This document shows, in pieces, positions 46,958 through 56,208 of a stretch of DNA of 64,000 nt. Both the position numbers and the translations under genes were made by a program. Numbering within the stretch: position 1 is the first letter of the stretch; each line of letters opens with the position of its first letter. The notes under the pieces were generated by a model that saw only the letters and a program-made list of their open reading frames with translations, made no database searches and was not told the origin of the DNA. The stretch is taken from positions 21,296 to 85,295 of the IMG/VR virus record IMGVR_UViG_3300020046_006452; one strand, 5' to 3'. The stretch is from a virus. Taxonomy: Duplodnaviria; Heunggongvirae; Uroviricota; Caudoviricetes.

Positions 46958-47443
46958 CTACTGGTTATCCAACTCGTCAAACGCGTCCACGAAGGCTTCA
47001 ACCTCAGCTCGTGGGATCCATCCAATAATGGAATGTCGACTATCATCAGATACTACCTGGACTCCAGTCTTAAATACTCGAAACTTATACCAATCCACGT
47101 GCTCACCATCCTTGCTAACCATTGTCTCGTCACTCAACCAGCCACCATTGGTCATCTGAGGTTCAATGAACTTAGGCTTGGGCGGGGTGTTGGTTTCGCG
47201 GAGGATCCGGAGTAGGTTCAACAGGCCAATGGCCCCCGCTGATCCAGATCCGCGGTGGGTCGGCCGAACCTCCACCAATCCTCCATGGGGTGCTACACTG
47301 ACGGTATAAGAGATGGCGTCTTCATCACATTGGTCGGAGATATTGAAGTTGCGGTCCTCGCATACTGCTTGGATAGCTGTGAGTACTGCCTTACCCTCAT
47401 CTCCAACGAAGAGGTGATAGTGTTTAGTTGATTCCTTCTTCAT
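46958..47443 (-). CDS. hypothetical protein
   Basis: 161 aa. Confidence 0.4.
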   Translation of the reverse strand: MKKESTKHYHLFVGDEGKAVLTAIQAVCEDRNFNISDQCDEDAISYTVSVAPHGGLVEVRPTHRGSGSAGAIGLLNLLRILRETNTPPKPKFIEPQMTNGGWLSDETMVSKDGEHVDWYKFRVFKTGVQVVSDDSRHSIIGWIPRAEVEAFVDAFDELDNQ

Positions 47444-47653
47444 TGTGTTGTGTTGTTTGATTTTAATGGGGGTTGAATTGAGCTGTTGCTTTGATTGAGA
47501 GTCGCTCAGACTTTCGGCTTTCTGGAGTGCAACCTACGTGCCTACGAGGTCCTGCACATCCAAATGTGATCAGGATGAGTAGGGCTACTGTAGCTACTCG
47601 GGTTAGTGTATTGGTCTTCATTGTTGTTGTGTTGTTTGGTTGTTATTGTTAAG

Positions 47654-47884
47654 TTATGCAACATGCTCGCTCTCGTATATGTGTTGCACTTCTTCACCTG
47701 TTAAATGGTATGGGTGTGTTCTATCGGGGTAATATTTCCACAAATAACCAACCCAACTATCGTTCATGTCTTGTAAGTTCTGTATGGGTAGTTCGTGCCA
47801 CCAATCTAAAGCACGTTGCATAACATCAGATATACCCAATTTGGGTGTTGTCTGTTTATCCCACTCTTGTTTTTCTTTACTCAT
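47654..47884 (-). CDS. hypothetical protein
   Basis: 76 aa. Confidence 0.35.
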   Translation of the reverse strand: MSKEKQEWDKQTTPKLGISDVMQRALDWWHELPIQNLQDMNDSWVGYLWKYYPDRTHPYHLTGEEVQHIYESEHVA

Positions 47885-47942
47885 TTTGTCTATAATTTAA
47901 AGTTTCTACTATTTAATCCCAAACTGGGCATATCTGTAACCG

Positions 47943-48272
47943 TTAAACGAAGTTCAAGTCGTTGACAACGATTACATCGAAGGTCATGTCTGCAGATCTC
48001 CAGTGCCAATCTAGAATGGCGGACTTGGGTGTTACTGTCTTCTTCAAAAACTGACACCACTTCACCGCCTTGGTTTTTGTACTTGCCAGTGCGATCACCT
48101 TTTCGCGGCATGGACCCTCCTGCATGATTCCCTCATTCTGAAGGGTTGATAGGTTGGTGCTGAAGGTCTTGGACTCAGGGTCCCACAGGAAGTGCCTAGT
48201 TGATAGGATCGTACTTTGGGCAGCTGTCTTACCAAAGCTGCGGCCACCTTGAGTTACAGTTAGCTTATCCAT
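47943..48272 (-). CDS. hypothetical protein
   Basis: 109 aa. Confidence 0.35.
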   Translation of the reverse strand: MDKLTVTQGGRSFGKTAAQSTILSTRHFLWDPESKTFSTNLSTLQNEGIMQEGPCREKVIALASTKTKAVKWCQFLKKTVTPKSAILDWHWRSADMTFDVIVVNDLNFV

Positions 48273-48387
48273 TTGATCACGGTGTGTATTAGTAACAGCA
48301 GAACAGTCAGCCCCAAAGACAGTAGGACAACGAGGTCCACTACTCGCTCAACTAGGCCTTCTGTTGGTTCTCGGCGTGTTGACATGC

Positions 48388-48654
48388 TTACAGTTTATGT
48401 TCGTTCTGGTCCAGGTACTCTATCTGGTCAACCAAGTCGTGATATTGAGCTAGAGTGATCACCTCTTTGAAGCTCTCTCCCTCCCATTTGATCTCAGCGA
48501 GTACACGGGTGACACGTTCTGTAGGATACCCATAAAACTTAGCATCCAAACACCCCAACAAGCAGATGATACCACCGTTAGGGACAAAGGACAGTACAGG
48601 ATGATCAGAGTCCCGGACTTCGTAGTTCTTGCTTTTCTTCTTCTTGTTTGGCAT
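48388..48654 (-). CDS. hypothetical protein
   Basis: 88 aa; TATATTTG box 4 nt upstream of ATG. Confidence 0.4.
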   Translation of the reverse strand: MPNKKKKSKNYEVRDSDHPVLSFVPNGGIICLLGCLDAKFYGYPTERVTRVLAEIKWEGESFKEVITLAQYHDLVDQIEYLDQNEHKL

Positions 48655-48758
48655 ATGTCAAATATAAGGCTGACTATGTGTACCATGCAACAACAAAGAG
48701 CCCCACCCGAAAGTGAGGCCCCATGTCTGTTTGAGAGTCCTACTCCCAACTGTAACGC

Positions 48759-49130
48759 TTACCAGCTATAGTTGCTGTAGTAGCTTGGCTTAGGAGCACT
48801 CTTGCTAGCAGCCTTCTTACCTTTCTTGGTGATCTCGTACTTGCCAGTAGCCACACGCTTCAGCTTGCCTTCGTTGGCAAGATACCTCATCGAGCGACCT
48901 ACTGAGAGGTTGAACTCAAAGTTGTCCATCTCAGTGGTGGGGATGCGCAGCCTTCGGCGAAGAACTGGATTGCTCACAGTGTCCTCTTTTGTAGCAGCAT
49001 TCAGGATACGCTCGGTCCACGGTTTACGATTACTCATACTTGTCTGTTTGTAACTTTGTTTGAAACTGTCAAACTTGCAGCTTCTCATCTTTGATGTGGG
49101 GTGAGAAGGTTTGCCCACTTTGTTGTTCAC
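48759..49130 (-). CDS. putative DNA-binding protein
   Basis: 123 aa, basic, helix-turn-helix-like region. Confidence 0.3.
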   Translation of the reverse strand: MNNKVGKPSHPTSKMRSCKFDSFKQSYKQTSMSNRKPWTERILNAATKEDTVSNPVLRRRLRIPTTEMDNFEFNLSVGRSMRYLANEGKLKRVATGKYEITKKGKKAASKSAPKPSYYSNYSW

Positions 49131-49167
49131 CTGGCCAGTGATTACATCTACAATATACGCCTTATCC

Positions 49168-49680
49168 TCACTTGAGGCAACAGCCTCTCACCATTAGGTG
49201 GATGTAGGGTTCAAAGTTATCAATGTTGTACATCACTGGAGTCCACATTATCATATAGAGGTGAGTATAGCCTAGCTCAGTTAGCTCAGCTTTAAGCTGA
49301 TCGTAATCAACTAGGTGAGGTCCACGATCTGCAGGGTTGTCATAATTGTACTGCATCTGTGTACGCAGCTTTTGAGTCTTGCTGCAAATAGCAATCTCCT
49401 CTCCCTTCCAGTTGACTAATGCACTAGGAAGCTCCATCACCTCAAACCCATCCGGTAGTGGTATTGTGTCTCTGGTGATGTTATCTGCATAGTCCTTTGT
49501 CCTCTCAAGTGCTGCAGCAAGGTTGTCCTTAGGCTTATCTACAGACCCACTCGCAGCAAGTAGCGAGGGGGCAACTGCTGCACCTACTAGCAGGGCACCG
49601 AGCTTACCTAGAAAAGATCTCCTTTCTCCGATGTTAGGTTCATCCTTATCGGATGACAGCATGTCCATTTGTGCACTCAT
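49168..49680 (-). CDS. Tat-signal secreted protein
   Basis: ERRSFLGKLGALLVGAAVAPSLLAASGS = twin-arginine motif (S/T)RRxFLK plus hydrophobic region. Confidence 0.45.
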   Translation of the reverse strand: MSAQMDMLSSDKDEPNIGERRSFLGKLGALLVGAAVAPSLLAASGSVDKPKDNLAAALERTKDYADNITRDTIPLPDGFEVMELPSALVNWKGEEIAICSKTQKLRTQMQYNYDNPADRGPHLVDYDQLKAELTELGYTHLYMIMWTPVMYNIDNFEPYIHLMVRGCCLK

Positions 49681-49698
49681 TTGATTGGGGTTTGTTAG

Positions 49699-50193
49699 TT
49701 ACTGAAAGCTGGTTTGGTAGTCACTCCATACTTGCTCTACATCAGGATCGAATAGCTTACCGAACACTGAGGGCTCATATGGCTTGTTAGTCAACCGCAT
49801 GTTAGCCTCTTCAGGAGTCCTGTCAGCCTTCTTCAAGTTGCAGCTGTAGCAGCAAGTGATTAGGTTGGTCCACGAGTTATCTCCACCTCGTGACTTAGGT
49901 AGAATGTGGTCAATAGTCAAGTGCCTAGTTGATCCGCAGTAGGTACAAGTGTGATGATCACGGTCGTAGATCCTCTTGCGGTTGACCTTCAACTTCTTCA
50001 TCATGAAGCGAACGTACTTCAGCAATCTAATGATCACTGGACGTACGTACTGCACTACCCCAGCAAGGATTGGACTGTCTTCAACAGACTTCAGTATCTC
50101 AGCCTTTCCTTTGTAAACCAACTTGAATCCGTGACGGACCGAGGTGACGTTCAATGGAGAGTAGTCTGAGTTTAGCACCAGTACTCTTTCCAT
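49699..50193 (-). CDS. HNH endonuclease
   Basis: HHTCTYCGSTRHLTIDHILPKSRGGDNSWTNLITCCYSCNLKK. Confidence 0.7.
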   Translation of the reverse strand: MERVLVLNSDYSPLNVTSVRHGFKLVYKGKAEILKSVEDSPILAGVVQYVRPVIIRLLKYVRFMMKKLKVNRKRIYDRDHHTCTYCGSTRHLTIDHILPKSRGGDNSWTNLITCCYSCNLKKADRTPEEANMRLTNKPYEPSVFGKLFDPDVEQVWSDYQTSFQ

Positions 50194-50211
50194 AATAGTA
50201 GCGGTTGATGG

Positions 50212-50544
50212 TTAGTTCTCCACCCAAACAGAGGAGCCAAGGATCATAGCCTCACCTGCAGACAGATGGGGGTACAGCTGCATGTAGTACAGAGCTCGGC
50301 ACACAACATCGGCTTGTGTTCCCAACGCAATACTGTTATCTAGTACGTCCTGAGCAACCTCACGATCGTAGGTGGTAGTTGCATTAGGCTGACGAGCTTG
50401 CCTCTGGCCATTGACTAGATCCTGAAACCAGGAACGTAGTTGAGCGATCTTGGTTGGAGGGTTAAGGCTTATAGTACTGTTGCTTTCCATACTGTAGTAA
50501 CTGTTTGATTGTGTTATCTGCGTTTCCTTGATGTAATATACCAA
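50212..50544 (-). CDS. hypothetical protein
   Basis: 110 aa; probable later start (MESNST). Confidence 0.3.
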   Translation of the reverse strand: MVYYIKETQITQSNSYYSMESNSTISLNPPTKIAQLRSWFQDLVNGQRQARQPNATTTYDREVAQDVLDNSIALGTQADVVCRALYYMQLYPHLSAGEAMILGSSVWVEN

Positions 50545-51121
50545 ATCCTCCCCGACTTTGCCACTGTGTTACGTTTTTATGGTAGTCGTCGATTAGGATC
50601 GCTGAGGGTGAGCTCAGTTGGGACTTATGCTCAGACCTCTTAAATACATAGGGCGGTGTGATTGGACCGAGGTGTTTTGTGATCCACTCTATCTTACCCT
50701 TACGGCCTGCAGTACCCTCATTAGGTGGAGCACTTAGGATGGTTGGGTTGTATAGCCTGACGTGATTCCAAATAGTTGGGCCTTCAGGTAGCCATGGCAT
50801 CTCACTCCAGAACTCTATAGGTGCATCGCTAAGCTGCTTGTGGAAGGCATCACTCCCGTGCTGCTTACGATAGGCTGAAGGGTCTAGTTGATAGTAGTCT
50901 ACCCACTGCTTAACGAAGTCTGCTAGCACTCCATCCAGGTCACAGTATACTTTGTGATCCTCCTGTATTGCTTGTATTGATCGAAGGTCATCCAGATCTC
51001 TACCACACTCACCACAAACACTTCCAGCTCGATCTAGATTACCATAATCTAAGTACCACATACAACCTAGACAAAAGTTACTGATGAGAGGGTTGCTGTA
51101 GTTAAGGAGAGGAGATTTCAT
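50462..51121 (-). CDS. 5'(3')-deoxyribonucleotidase-like HAD-superfamily hydrolase
   Basis: VYCDLDGVLADF (DxDGVLADF motif of the NT5C family), ILIDDY motif III. Confidence 0.55.
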   Translation of the reverse strand: MKSPLLNYSNPLISNFCLGCMWYLDYGNLDRAGSVCGECGRDLDDLRSIQAIQEDHKVYCDLDGVLADFVKQWVDYYQLDPSAYRKQHGSDAFHKQLSDAPIEFWSEMPWLPEGPTIWNHVRLYNPTILSAPPNEGTAGRKGKIEWITKHLGPITPPYVFKRSEHKSQLSSPSAILIDDYHKNVTQWQSRGGFGILHQGNADNTIKQLLQYGKQQYYKP

Positions 51122-51618
51122 AGGTCAAGGCTACCTGACATCAGGCGCTGCTTTTTGAAGATGTCCCCATTAGCCCAGTGCTCCACCAACCAACCCTCCT
51201 TGTCCATGTAGATCATAGGAAAGCCTTTGTCCCAAGTATCTTTCTTGACCTGTGCAGCGAAGTCTTTAGTGAATTGATCTGAACGCAGATATCCAGCTAG
51301 GGCATCCTCATCTAGATCTTCCTTCTGGTGTAGAGGTTTGATGGTCTGGTCTGGATGGCTCTTGATTCTATTAGCTGCCCATTGCATGTCCTGTTGGTCA
51401 GGAGGAGGATCAATACCCTTTAGTACGTGGATGTAAGCTACTAGGTAGTTGACTAGACCTAAGGTACCTGGAACCCCATAGGAGTCCCCGTCGACCCACT
51501 TATCGTTGAGCACCAAGCGAGCATACTCCTCCACCCTTTGATCGGTGTCACAAGTGTCTTCTAGCAAGTGCTTGTAGCTCTTGAAGTAGTCCTTGTTGGG
51601 GTCTTTAGTTATGGGCAT
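51118..51618 (-). CDS. hypothetical protein
   Basis: 166 aa. Confidence 0.4.
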   Translation of the reverse strand: MPITKDPNKDYFKSYKHLLEDTCDTDQRVEEYARLVLNDKWVDGDSYGVPGTLGLVNYLVAYIHVLKGIDPPPDQQDMQWAANRIKSHPDQTIKPLHQKEDLDEDALAGYLRSDQFTKDFAAQVKKDTWDKGFPMIYMDKEGWLVEHWANGDIFKKQRLMSGSLDL

Positions 51619-51772
51619 TTGGCAACTTGGATGTAGTGGCGGGTGGGGACATCTCTGTTACCAGTGTCCTCCCAGGTTATGATGTAGAACCTATAGCTCT
51701 CAGTATCGAAGTATACTTGGTTGTCGCGATCAGCGATCATTCCTTTTGGCAGTCCTTCCATGTTAGTTGTGA

Positions 51773-52267
51773 TTAAAATACTCCGTGTTCAATCCTACCA
51801 ATCTCCGCTAAGATCTCCTTCTCGTCCATGTCCATCACCCGAGTGTAGCTGCTGCCTAGTTTAGTCAGTCCCCACTTCATTGAGTGTAGTGTAGGTTGAC
51901 CGAGCCAAGTTAGAAGCTTCGTTGAATCTTCCCACAACCCCATGCCAGCCTCTTTAACTTTAGGATGGCTGTGCAACCATACAGCTGCATCTGCTTGATC
52001 GAACGTCTCCTTAAGCTTACCTAGATCATCTGGACTTATGATCATACCATCGTAGTCACCGAACCTAGGTCTCTTCCCTGCAATGTAGCCAAGAGCTCTC
52101 CAGATCCGTTGTAGCACGTTTTTGTGATTAGGTGGAGTCACATGCCACCATAGCTCTCCTTCCTCAGGATCGAACCAAAACGAGTAGACGTGTCCTAGAG
52201 ATTGGCACTCACATACGAATACTTGTTGCTTATCGTTTGTCATCACACTGAAGTTAGAGTTATCCAA
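51773..52267 (-). CDS. hypothetical protein
   Basis: 164 aa. Confidence 0.4.
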   Translation of the reverse strand: MDNSNFSVMTNDKQQVFVCECQSLGHVYSFWFDPEEGELWWHVTPPNHKNVLQRIWRALGYIAGKRPRFGDYDGMIISPDDLGKLKETFDQADAAVWLHSHPKVKEAGMGLWEDSTKLLTWLGQPTLHSMKWGLTKLGSSYTRVMDMDEKEILAEIGRIEHGVF

Positions 52268-52452
52268 GCAGCAGCTGTAGCTGCAACAACTAGGAGAGCA
52301 ATCACAATCACTACCCTACCAGCTAGTACAGTTAGCTTAGCTGAGTCTAGGTCGGCATCATCGGCTCGGCCCGTCTTTATTAGCACCACTATGGCAGCTA
52401 GTAAGATCAAGGCTATTAGTGCACCTACTACTATCCAACCAATGTTGATCAT
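52243..52452 (-). CDS. two-TM small membrane protein (holin-like topology)
   Basis: 69 aa. Confidence 0.35.
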   Translation of the reverse strand: MINIGWIVVGALIALILLAAIVVLIKTGRADDADLDSAKLTVLAGRVVIVIALLVVAATAAAWITLTSV

Positions 52453-52721
52453 TTCAACTCCTGTATTACAGAGAGGATGTCATCTAAGGCCTTACTAAGC
52501 AACTCAGCCTGGGACTCACTTATCTCACCAACAAGTTCCATACCCTCGAACAAAGCAGAGTGCTCAGTGAAGTGTGATGGTGAGTATAGATCATTAGTAG
52601 TGATCCAGTAGTCTGCTGCAGTACGAATGATCTCAGCGACCTCTATTTGAAGGGGGTTAGGCTTACGGCTTTGCATCTTCATATAGCTTTGATTTGATCC
52701 ACTACGTCTGACGGCACCCAC
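52449..52721 (-). CDS. hypothetical protein
   Basis: 90 aa. Confidence 0.35.
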   Translation of the reverse strand: MGAVRRSGSNQSYMKMQSRKPNPLQIEVAEIIRTAADYWITTNDLYSPSHFTEHSALFEGMELVGEISESQAELLSKALDDILSVIQELK

Positions 52722-53047
52722 CTCACAAAATCAGCTTGCTGTTCGATCTCCTTTAACCTCTCGATGACCGCGGTCCTAGACTCCTCAACCACTTGAGCGT
52801 ACTCCTCCTTAAGGTGATATATTTGTGAGGCCAGCTCCAAGTAAGATCCTGTTGGTCTAGCCTCGAAGCCAGGCCTGTCAACCAATCTGATATAGTCATC
52901 ATAATCCAGAGTGAACTTGCCAGGTTCGTAGGACCTCAAATCATTCCACTGCTCTAATGACATTGGAACGTACACCTCGTTGGGGTCCCTGTACTTTTTG
53001 GCCAGGTAAAAGACGATGCCAGTCTTAGGTAGTTTGCTGTTTGTCAT
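52679..53047 (-). CDS. hypothetical protein
   Basis: 122 aa. Confidence 0.35.
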   Translation of the reverse strand: MTNSKLPKTGIVFYLAKKYRDPNEVYVPMSLEQWNDLRSYEPGKFTLDYDDYIRLVDRPGFEARPTGSYLELASQIYHLKEEYAQVVEESRTAVIERLKEIEQQADFVRWVPSDVVDQIKAI

Positions 53048-53561
53048 TGTCGAGTAGTTTATTGCCTTTGTGTATGAACTGCCTACCTCCTACACAGGAT
53101 AGGGGTACCACCTTAGTCATCGCAGCGATGGAACCAATCTCACTCCTATTATTATCTAGGTGCCACACAAAGTCATGACCGAACTGTTGAAACCAGTAAG
53201 CTTTGATCTGCCCATTAGTGAACACAATCCGATCTCTTGGGATCCCTAGTACATCAGCCATAGGGTATAGGTCCTCGTTATTAGTCCAGATCTGGTGATC
53301 ACCCCACGTCTCAGCAAACTCTTCAGGAGTGCATCGAGCTCGGAAGAATGCTTCGGGGTCCTTAGGTCTAGATGTCACTATCCACACCTCAACATCAGGG
53401 CGCAGTAGGAGCTGCTTGCAGTAGTCTTGCACTATGGCAAGATCCTTCAGACAGTCGTCAAAGTCGAAGCTAACTTTCTTAACCATAGATGAACTTGCTA
53501 TAGGGTATGTGCCTAGAACCGTGAACCCAACCAGCGAACTCCTCTGCTGAGTGAAGATCAA
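53025..53561 (-). CDS. possible HAD-like phosphatase
   Basis: VSFDFDDCL (DxD-type motif I) and VWIVTSRP (motif II-like); weak. Confidence 0.3.
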   Translation of the reverse strand: MIFTQQRSSLVGFTVLGTYPIASSSMVKKVSFDFDDCLKDLAIVQDYCKQLLLRPDVEVWIVTSRPKDPEAFFRARCTPEEFAETWGDHQIWTNNEDLYPMADVLGIPRDRIVFTNGQIKAYWFQQFGHDFVWHLDNNRSEIGSIAAMTKVVPLSCVGGRQFIHKGNKLLDNDKQQTT

Positions 53562-53904
53562 ATGCTTGAGGGTGTCCCTCCAGGATCAACTGAGCTGCAA
53601 TAGGCACCTTGTCAACTACCACAGTCTTCAGAGGTGAGGAAAGAGTTGACTTCTGAACCTTGATCCAAATGCGATAAGGATCCCTGTGAGGTGATGTATA
53701 GATCTTCTGATCAGTAATACTACCATCGGTCACTTCAATCGTAGCACTTTGGTAGAAGATTGTAATCCTTCTAGCCTTCAGCTTATCACCTACGATTTGA
53801 TCAACCTTATACAAGATCATTCCGTATTCGGCCTTCTTATTGCCAGCACCAGGGTACGCTACGTAGCAGCCCTCTGCGATCTCTTGTCCTATGAAGTCTT
53901 TCAT
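53479..53904 (-). CDS. hypothetical protein
   Basis: 141 aa. Confidence 0.35.
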   Translation of the reverse strand: MKDFIGQEIAEGCYVAYPGAGNKKAEYGMILYKVDQIVGDKLKARRITIFYQSATIEVTDGSITDQKIYTSPHRDPYRIWIKVQKSTLSSPLKTVVVDKVPIAAQLILEGHPQAFDLHSAEEFAGWVHGSRHIPYSKFIYG

Positions 53905-53943
53905 GCCAGCAAGATAGGCCTACCTTAGTGTACCTTGCAACTC

Positions 53944-54468
53944 CTAATTCAATAAACCGCCCTCGGTGAACAGCCTATAGGACCTCATCTCAGAGAAGTC
54001 AGTAACAGTAACCTTCTGCACTTGGATTCCCCAGGTCTTAGCCTCCGGTTTAGCTAACTTAGTCAACTCAGCATCGAGGTCGATAGCTCGCAGTTGCTCA
54101 AATGTTCGAGTCCTGATCGCATTGTAGATGATCCCTCCAGTCATGTCAGAAAGGGCATCAGGTGCATCCCACACCTCAACAGCAAAGATCGAGAGATCTT
54201 GCACCTTATACTTGATCTGAGCTCTGATCACAATTGACTTACCATCCTGGGTGATCACACTCTGAGGAGGTAGAGTGATCGTAGTGACCACCACCGTGTA
54301 GACGTCTATCTCATCACCGAATGGAATCTTGAAGTGGATCCCTGGTAGCTTAACTCCTCTAAACCTACCGAATCTGAACAACGCTCCGTTCTGGTACTCC
54401 TTGACTATCTTGACCGGGAGTATCTGCTCAATGATGTTGAGCAGGAATTCGATTAGTTTGTCCAGCAT
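53944..54468 (-). CDS. SPFH/band-7 (stomatin/HflC-like) domain protein
   Basis: 174 aa; KIPFGDEIDVYTVVVTTITLPPQSVITQDGKSIVIRAQIKYKV resembles the SPFH core. Confidence 0.45.
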   Translation of the reverse strand: MLDKLIEFLLNIIEQILPVKIVKEYQNGALFRFGRFRGVKLPGIHFKIPFGDEIDVYTVVVTTITLPPQSVITQDGKSIVIRAQIKYKVQDLSIFAVEVWDAPDALSDMTGGIIYNAIRTRTFEQLRAIDLDAELTKLAKPEAKTWGIQVQKVTVTDFSEMRSYRLFTEGGLLN

Positions 54469-54488
54469 TTGGTGACTATACGCAATTA

Positions 54489-54854
54489 TTACACACTAGG
54501 CAACGTGGTGGCCTTATTGAGAGCCTCCACTACCTTTACACCCCGAGTAATCAGCTGTTCAGTCCTCTGAGTTTGGTATTGGTGGTGTGCGTGCACCATC
54601 TCCAATACGTGTTGAATCTCGGCAGGGTCTTCTAGCAGGTAGGATCTTTCACGACCTTTATGCCCTACCCACATCTCATATAGACCTTTGTGATTAGGTT
54701 GATGGTCCTGAGTAACTTCGAACCTACGGCCTGAGCTATCTAGACCGTCATAACCCCAGCAAATAACTGCTAGGGTGCCTCCATCCCTATAGGTGTCTAG
54801 GCGTTCAATTGAAACAATACGGAACTTAGGTTTGTTGGTATCACTCATCTTCAT
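54489..54854 (-). CDS. hypothetical protein
   Basis: 121 aa. Confidence 0.4.
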   Translation of the reverse strand: MKMSDTNKPKFRIVSIERLDTYRDGGTLAVICWGYDGLDSSGRRFEVTQDHQPNHKGLYEMWVGHKGRERSYLLEDPAEIQHVLEMVHAHHQYQTQRTEQLITRGVKVVEALNKATTLPSV

Positions 54855-55209
54855 CGTGTAGTTTAACTGTTAGTCCACATCCGGGGCATGCCCAAGTTAG
54901 GGGAGGTACTCCAAAGTAGCTCTCACGCCTGTTTGAGTTGAAGTAAGGGTTTTGAGAGCAGCACTTGGTGACCAATATACCAAAGCTATCGTCCCTTAGT
55001 CTCATAGGATCCTTATACCACTCCATCCACACTTCTTCAGGAACTGAGGGGTGATGGACTTCGACCTTGTTGACTATCTTTAGCTTGCCGCTGGTGATCT
55101 TGGCCTCATAGAAGTCACGAACTGCCTCTGCTGTGCGCACCTCCCGCTCGTCGTTAGGATTGCCTACACAAGCTATCCAATCCCTGTATGCTAGTAGTGG
55201 CGTACCCAT
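54841..55209 (-). CDS. hypothetical protein with CxxC pair
   Basis: 122 aa; promoter-like TATCTTTGGC just upstream. Confidence 0.4.
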   Translation of the reverse strand: MGTPLLAYRDWIACVGNPNDEREVRTAEAVRDFYEAKITSGKLKIVNKVEVHHPSVPEEVWMEWYKDPMRLRDDSFGILVTKCCSQNPYFNSNRRESYFGVPPLTWACPGCGLTVKLHDEDE

Positions 55210-55272
55210 ATTGATGCCTTATGTGTTGAGCCAAAGATACACCCTACCTAGTGTACTTAGCAACTTTACTAT

Positions 55273-55348
55273 TGGAGCAAATGATCGGACTCGAACCGAC
55301 AGCCTTCACGTTGGCAACGTAGTGCTCTACCAATTGAGCTACATTTGC
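55273..55348 (-). tRNA. tRNA-Gly(GCC): tRNA-Gly (anticodon GCC), CCA encoded
   Basis: GCAAATG-TA-GCTCAATTGGTAGAGC-A-CTACG/TTGCCAA/CGTGA-AGGCT-GTCGGTTCGAGTCCGAT-CATTTGC-T-CCA. Confidence 0.65.
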
Positions 55349-55415
55349 ATTTACCTGTCTTTCCAGGTTGTCAACCAGTGCACCTGTGGCCGTCGCCTAG
55401 CGTGTTGGGTTTGTC

Positions 55416-55472
55416 GTGGAGCCGTTAGGAGTTGAACCTAAAACCGGAAGCTCTCCGTCGAGCTACGGCCCC
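55416..55472 (-). pseudogene. truncated tRNA-like remnant (about 57 nt): acceptor + D-arm + T-arm, anticodon arm missing (tRNA-Ala-like halves)
   Basis: GGGGCCG-TA-GCTCGACGGAGAGC-TTCCGGTTT-TAGGTTCAACTCCTAA-CGGCTCC-A; lies 4 nt from the tRNA-Val 3' end. Confidence 0.35.
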
Positions 55473-55476
55473 ATTG

Positions 55477-55555
55477 TGGTAGTTCCTCTCAGATTTGAAC
55501 TGAGGACCTTCGCTTTGTAGGAGCGCTGCTCTTAACCAGACTGAGCTAAGGAACT
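55477..55555 (-). tRNA. tRNA-Val(TAC): tRNA-Val (anticodon TAC), CCA encoded; C at position 33
   Basis: AGTTCCT-TA-GCTCAGTCTGGTTAAGAGC-A-GCGCT/CCTACAA/AGCGA-AGGTC-CTCAGTTCAAATCTGAG-AGGAACT-A-CCA. Confidence 0.55.
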
Positions 55556-56039
55556 GTGTGTAGAAGGCCTAGTCTCAAGTTCCCTCCTATATGACTAGAG
55601 GGTCCATCACGGCCGTGAATGCTGGCAAGCTCTAAGGAACTATTAGCTCACCGGGGACCTCCTCTAAGAGGACACTTCTACAGTAACAAAAAAGATGTAG
55701 GGAGTCTAATGTAAAACCCTCCTCGATTAGAAGCGAACCATGATCGTCGGATTACAAGACCATGAAGTTGACTGAGTCGCTAAACCCCATCCCTACAATA
55801 ACAATACAGCAGCAGCGAGTGTGAAGGACTGGACGGCTAAACCCAGTTGCGTTTTGAGGACGCCTCAGCCTGACTACATGGGGGATCAATCCCACTTATC
55901 TACTAGCTTGCCCTTTTCGAAAATCAAAGTGTGTACACCGCTATAAGTCGTTTGTGGTTGCTTTGCTGGCATCCAACGACTCACTTACCACACCGCTCTT
56001 CACCTCTAGCTGCAATAATCAAAGAACACCTTTCTCCAG

Positions 56040-56113
56040 TACTCCGGGCAGGGATTGAACCTGCGACCTTGTGCTCATAAGGCACCTGCTACTAACCGCT
56101 GAGCTACCGGAGC
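56040..56113 (-). tRNA. tRNA-Ile(TAT): tRNA-Ile (anticodon TAT; alternatively a Met/Ile2 derivative)
   Basis: GCTCCGG-TA-GCTCAGCGGTTAGTAGC-A-GGTGC/CTTATGA/GCACA-AGGTC-GCAGGTTCAATCCCTGC-CCGGAGT-T. Confidence 0.5.
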
Positions 56114-56208
56114 GTTATTTTGTGAGAGGAAGGGGATTGATACCCTGCAGTGTGACTCACCCACACTGTCACTTGCGCCAAGTAGGTCCTTTCCTACTCC
56201 TCTCTTTT

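Noticed and set aside
55570-56035. tmRNA
   Set aside because: No tag-peptide ORF ending in a canonical ...AA stop and no 3' tRNA-like domain with CCA could be found by eye.
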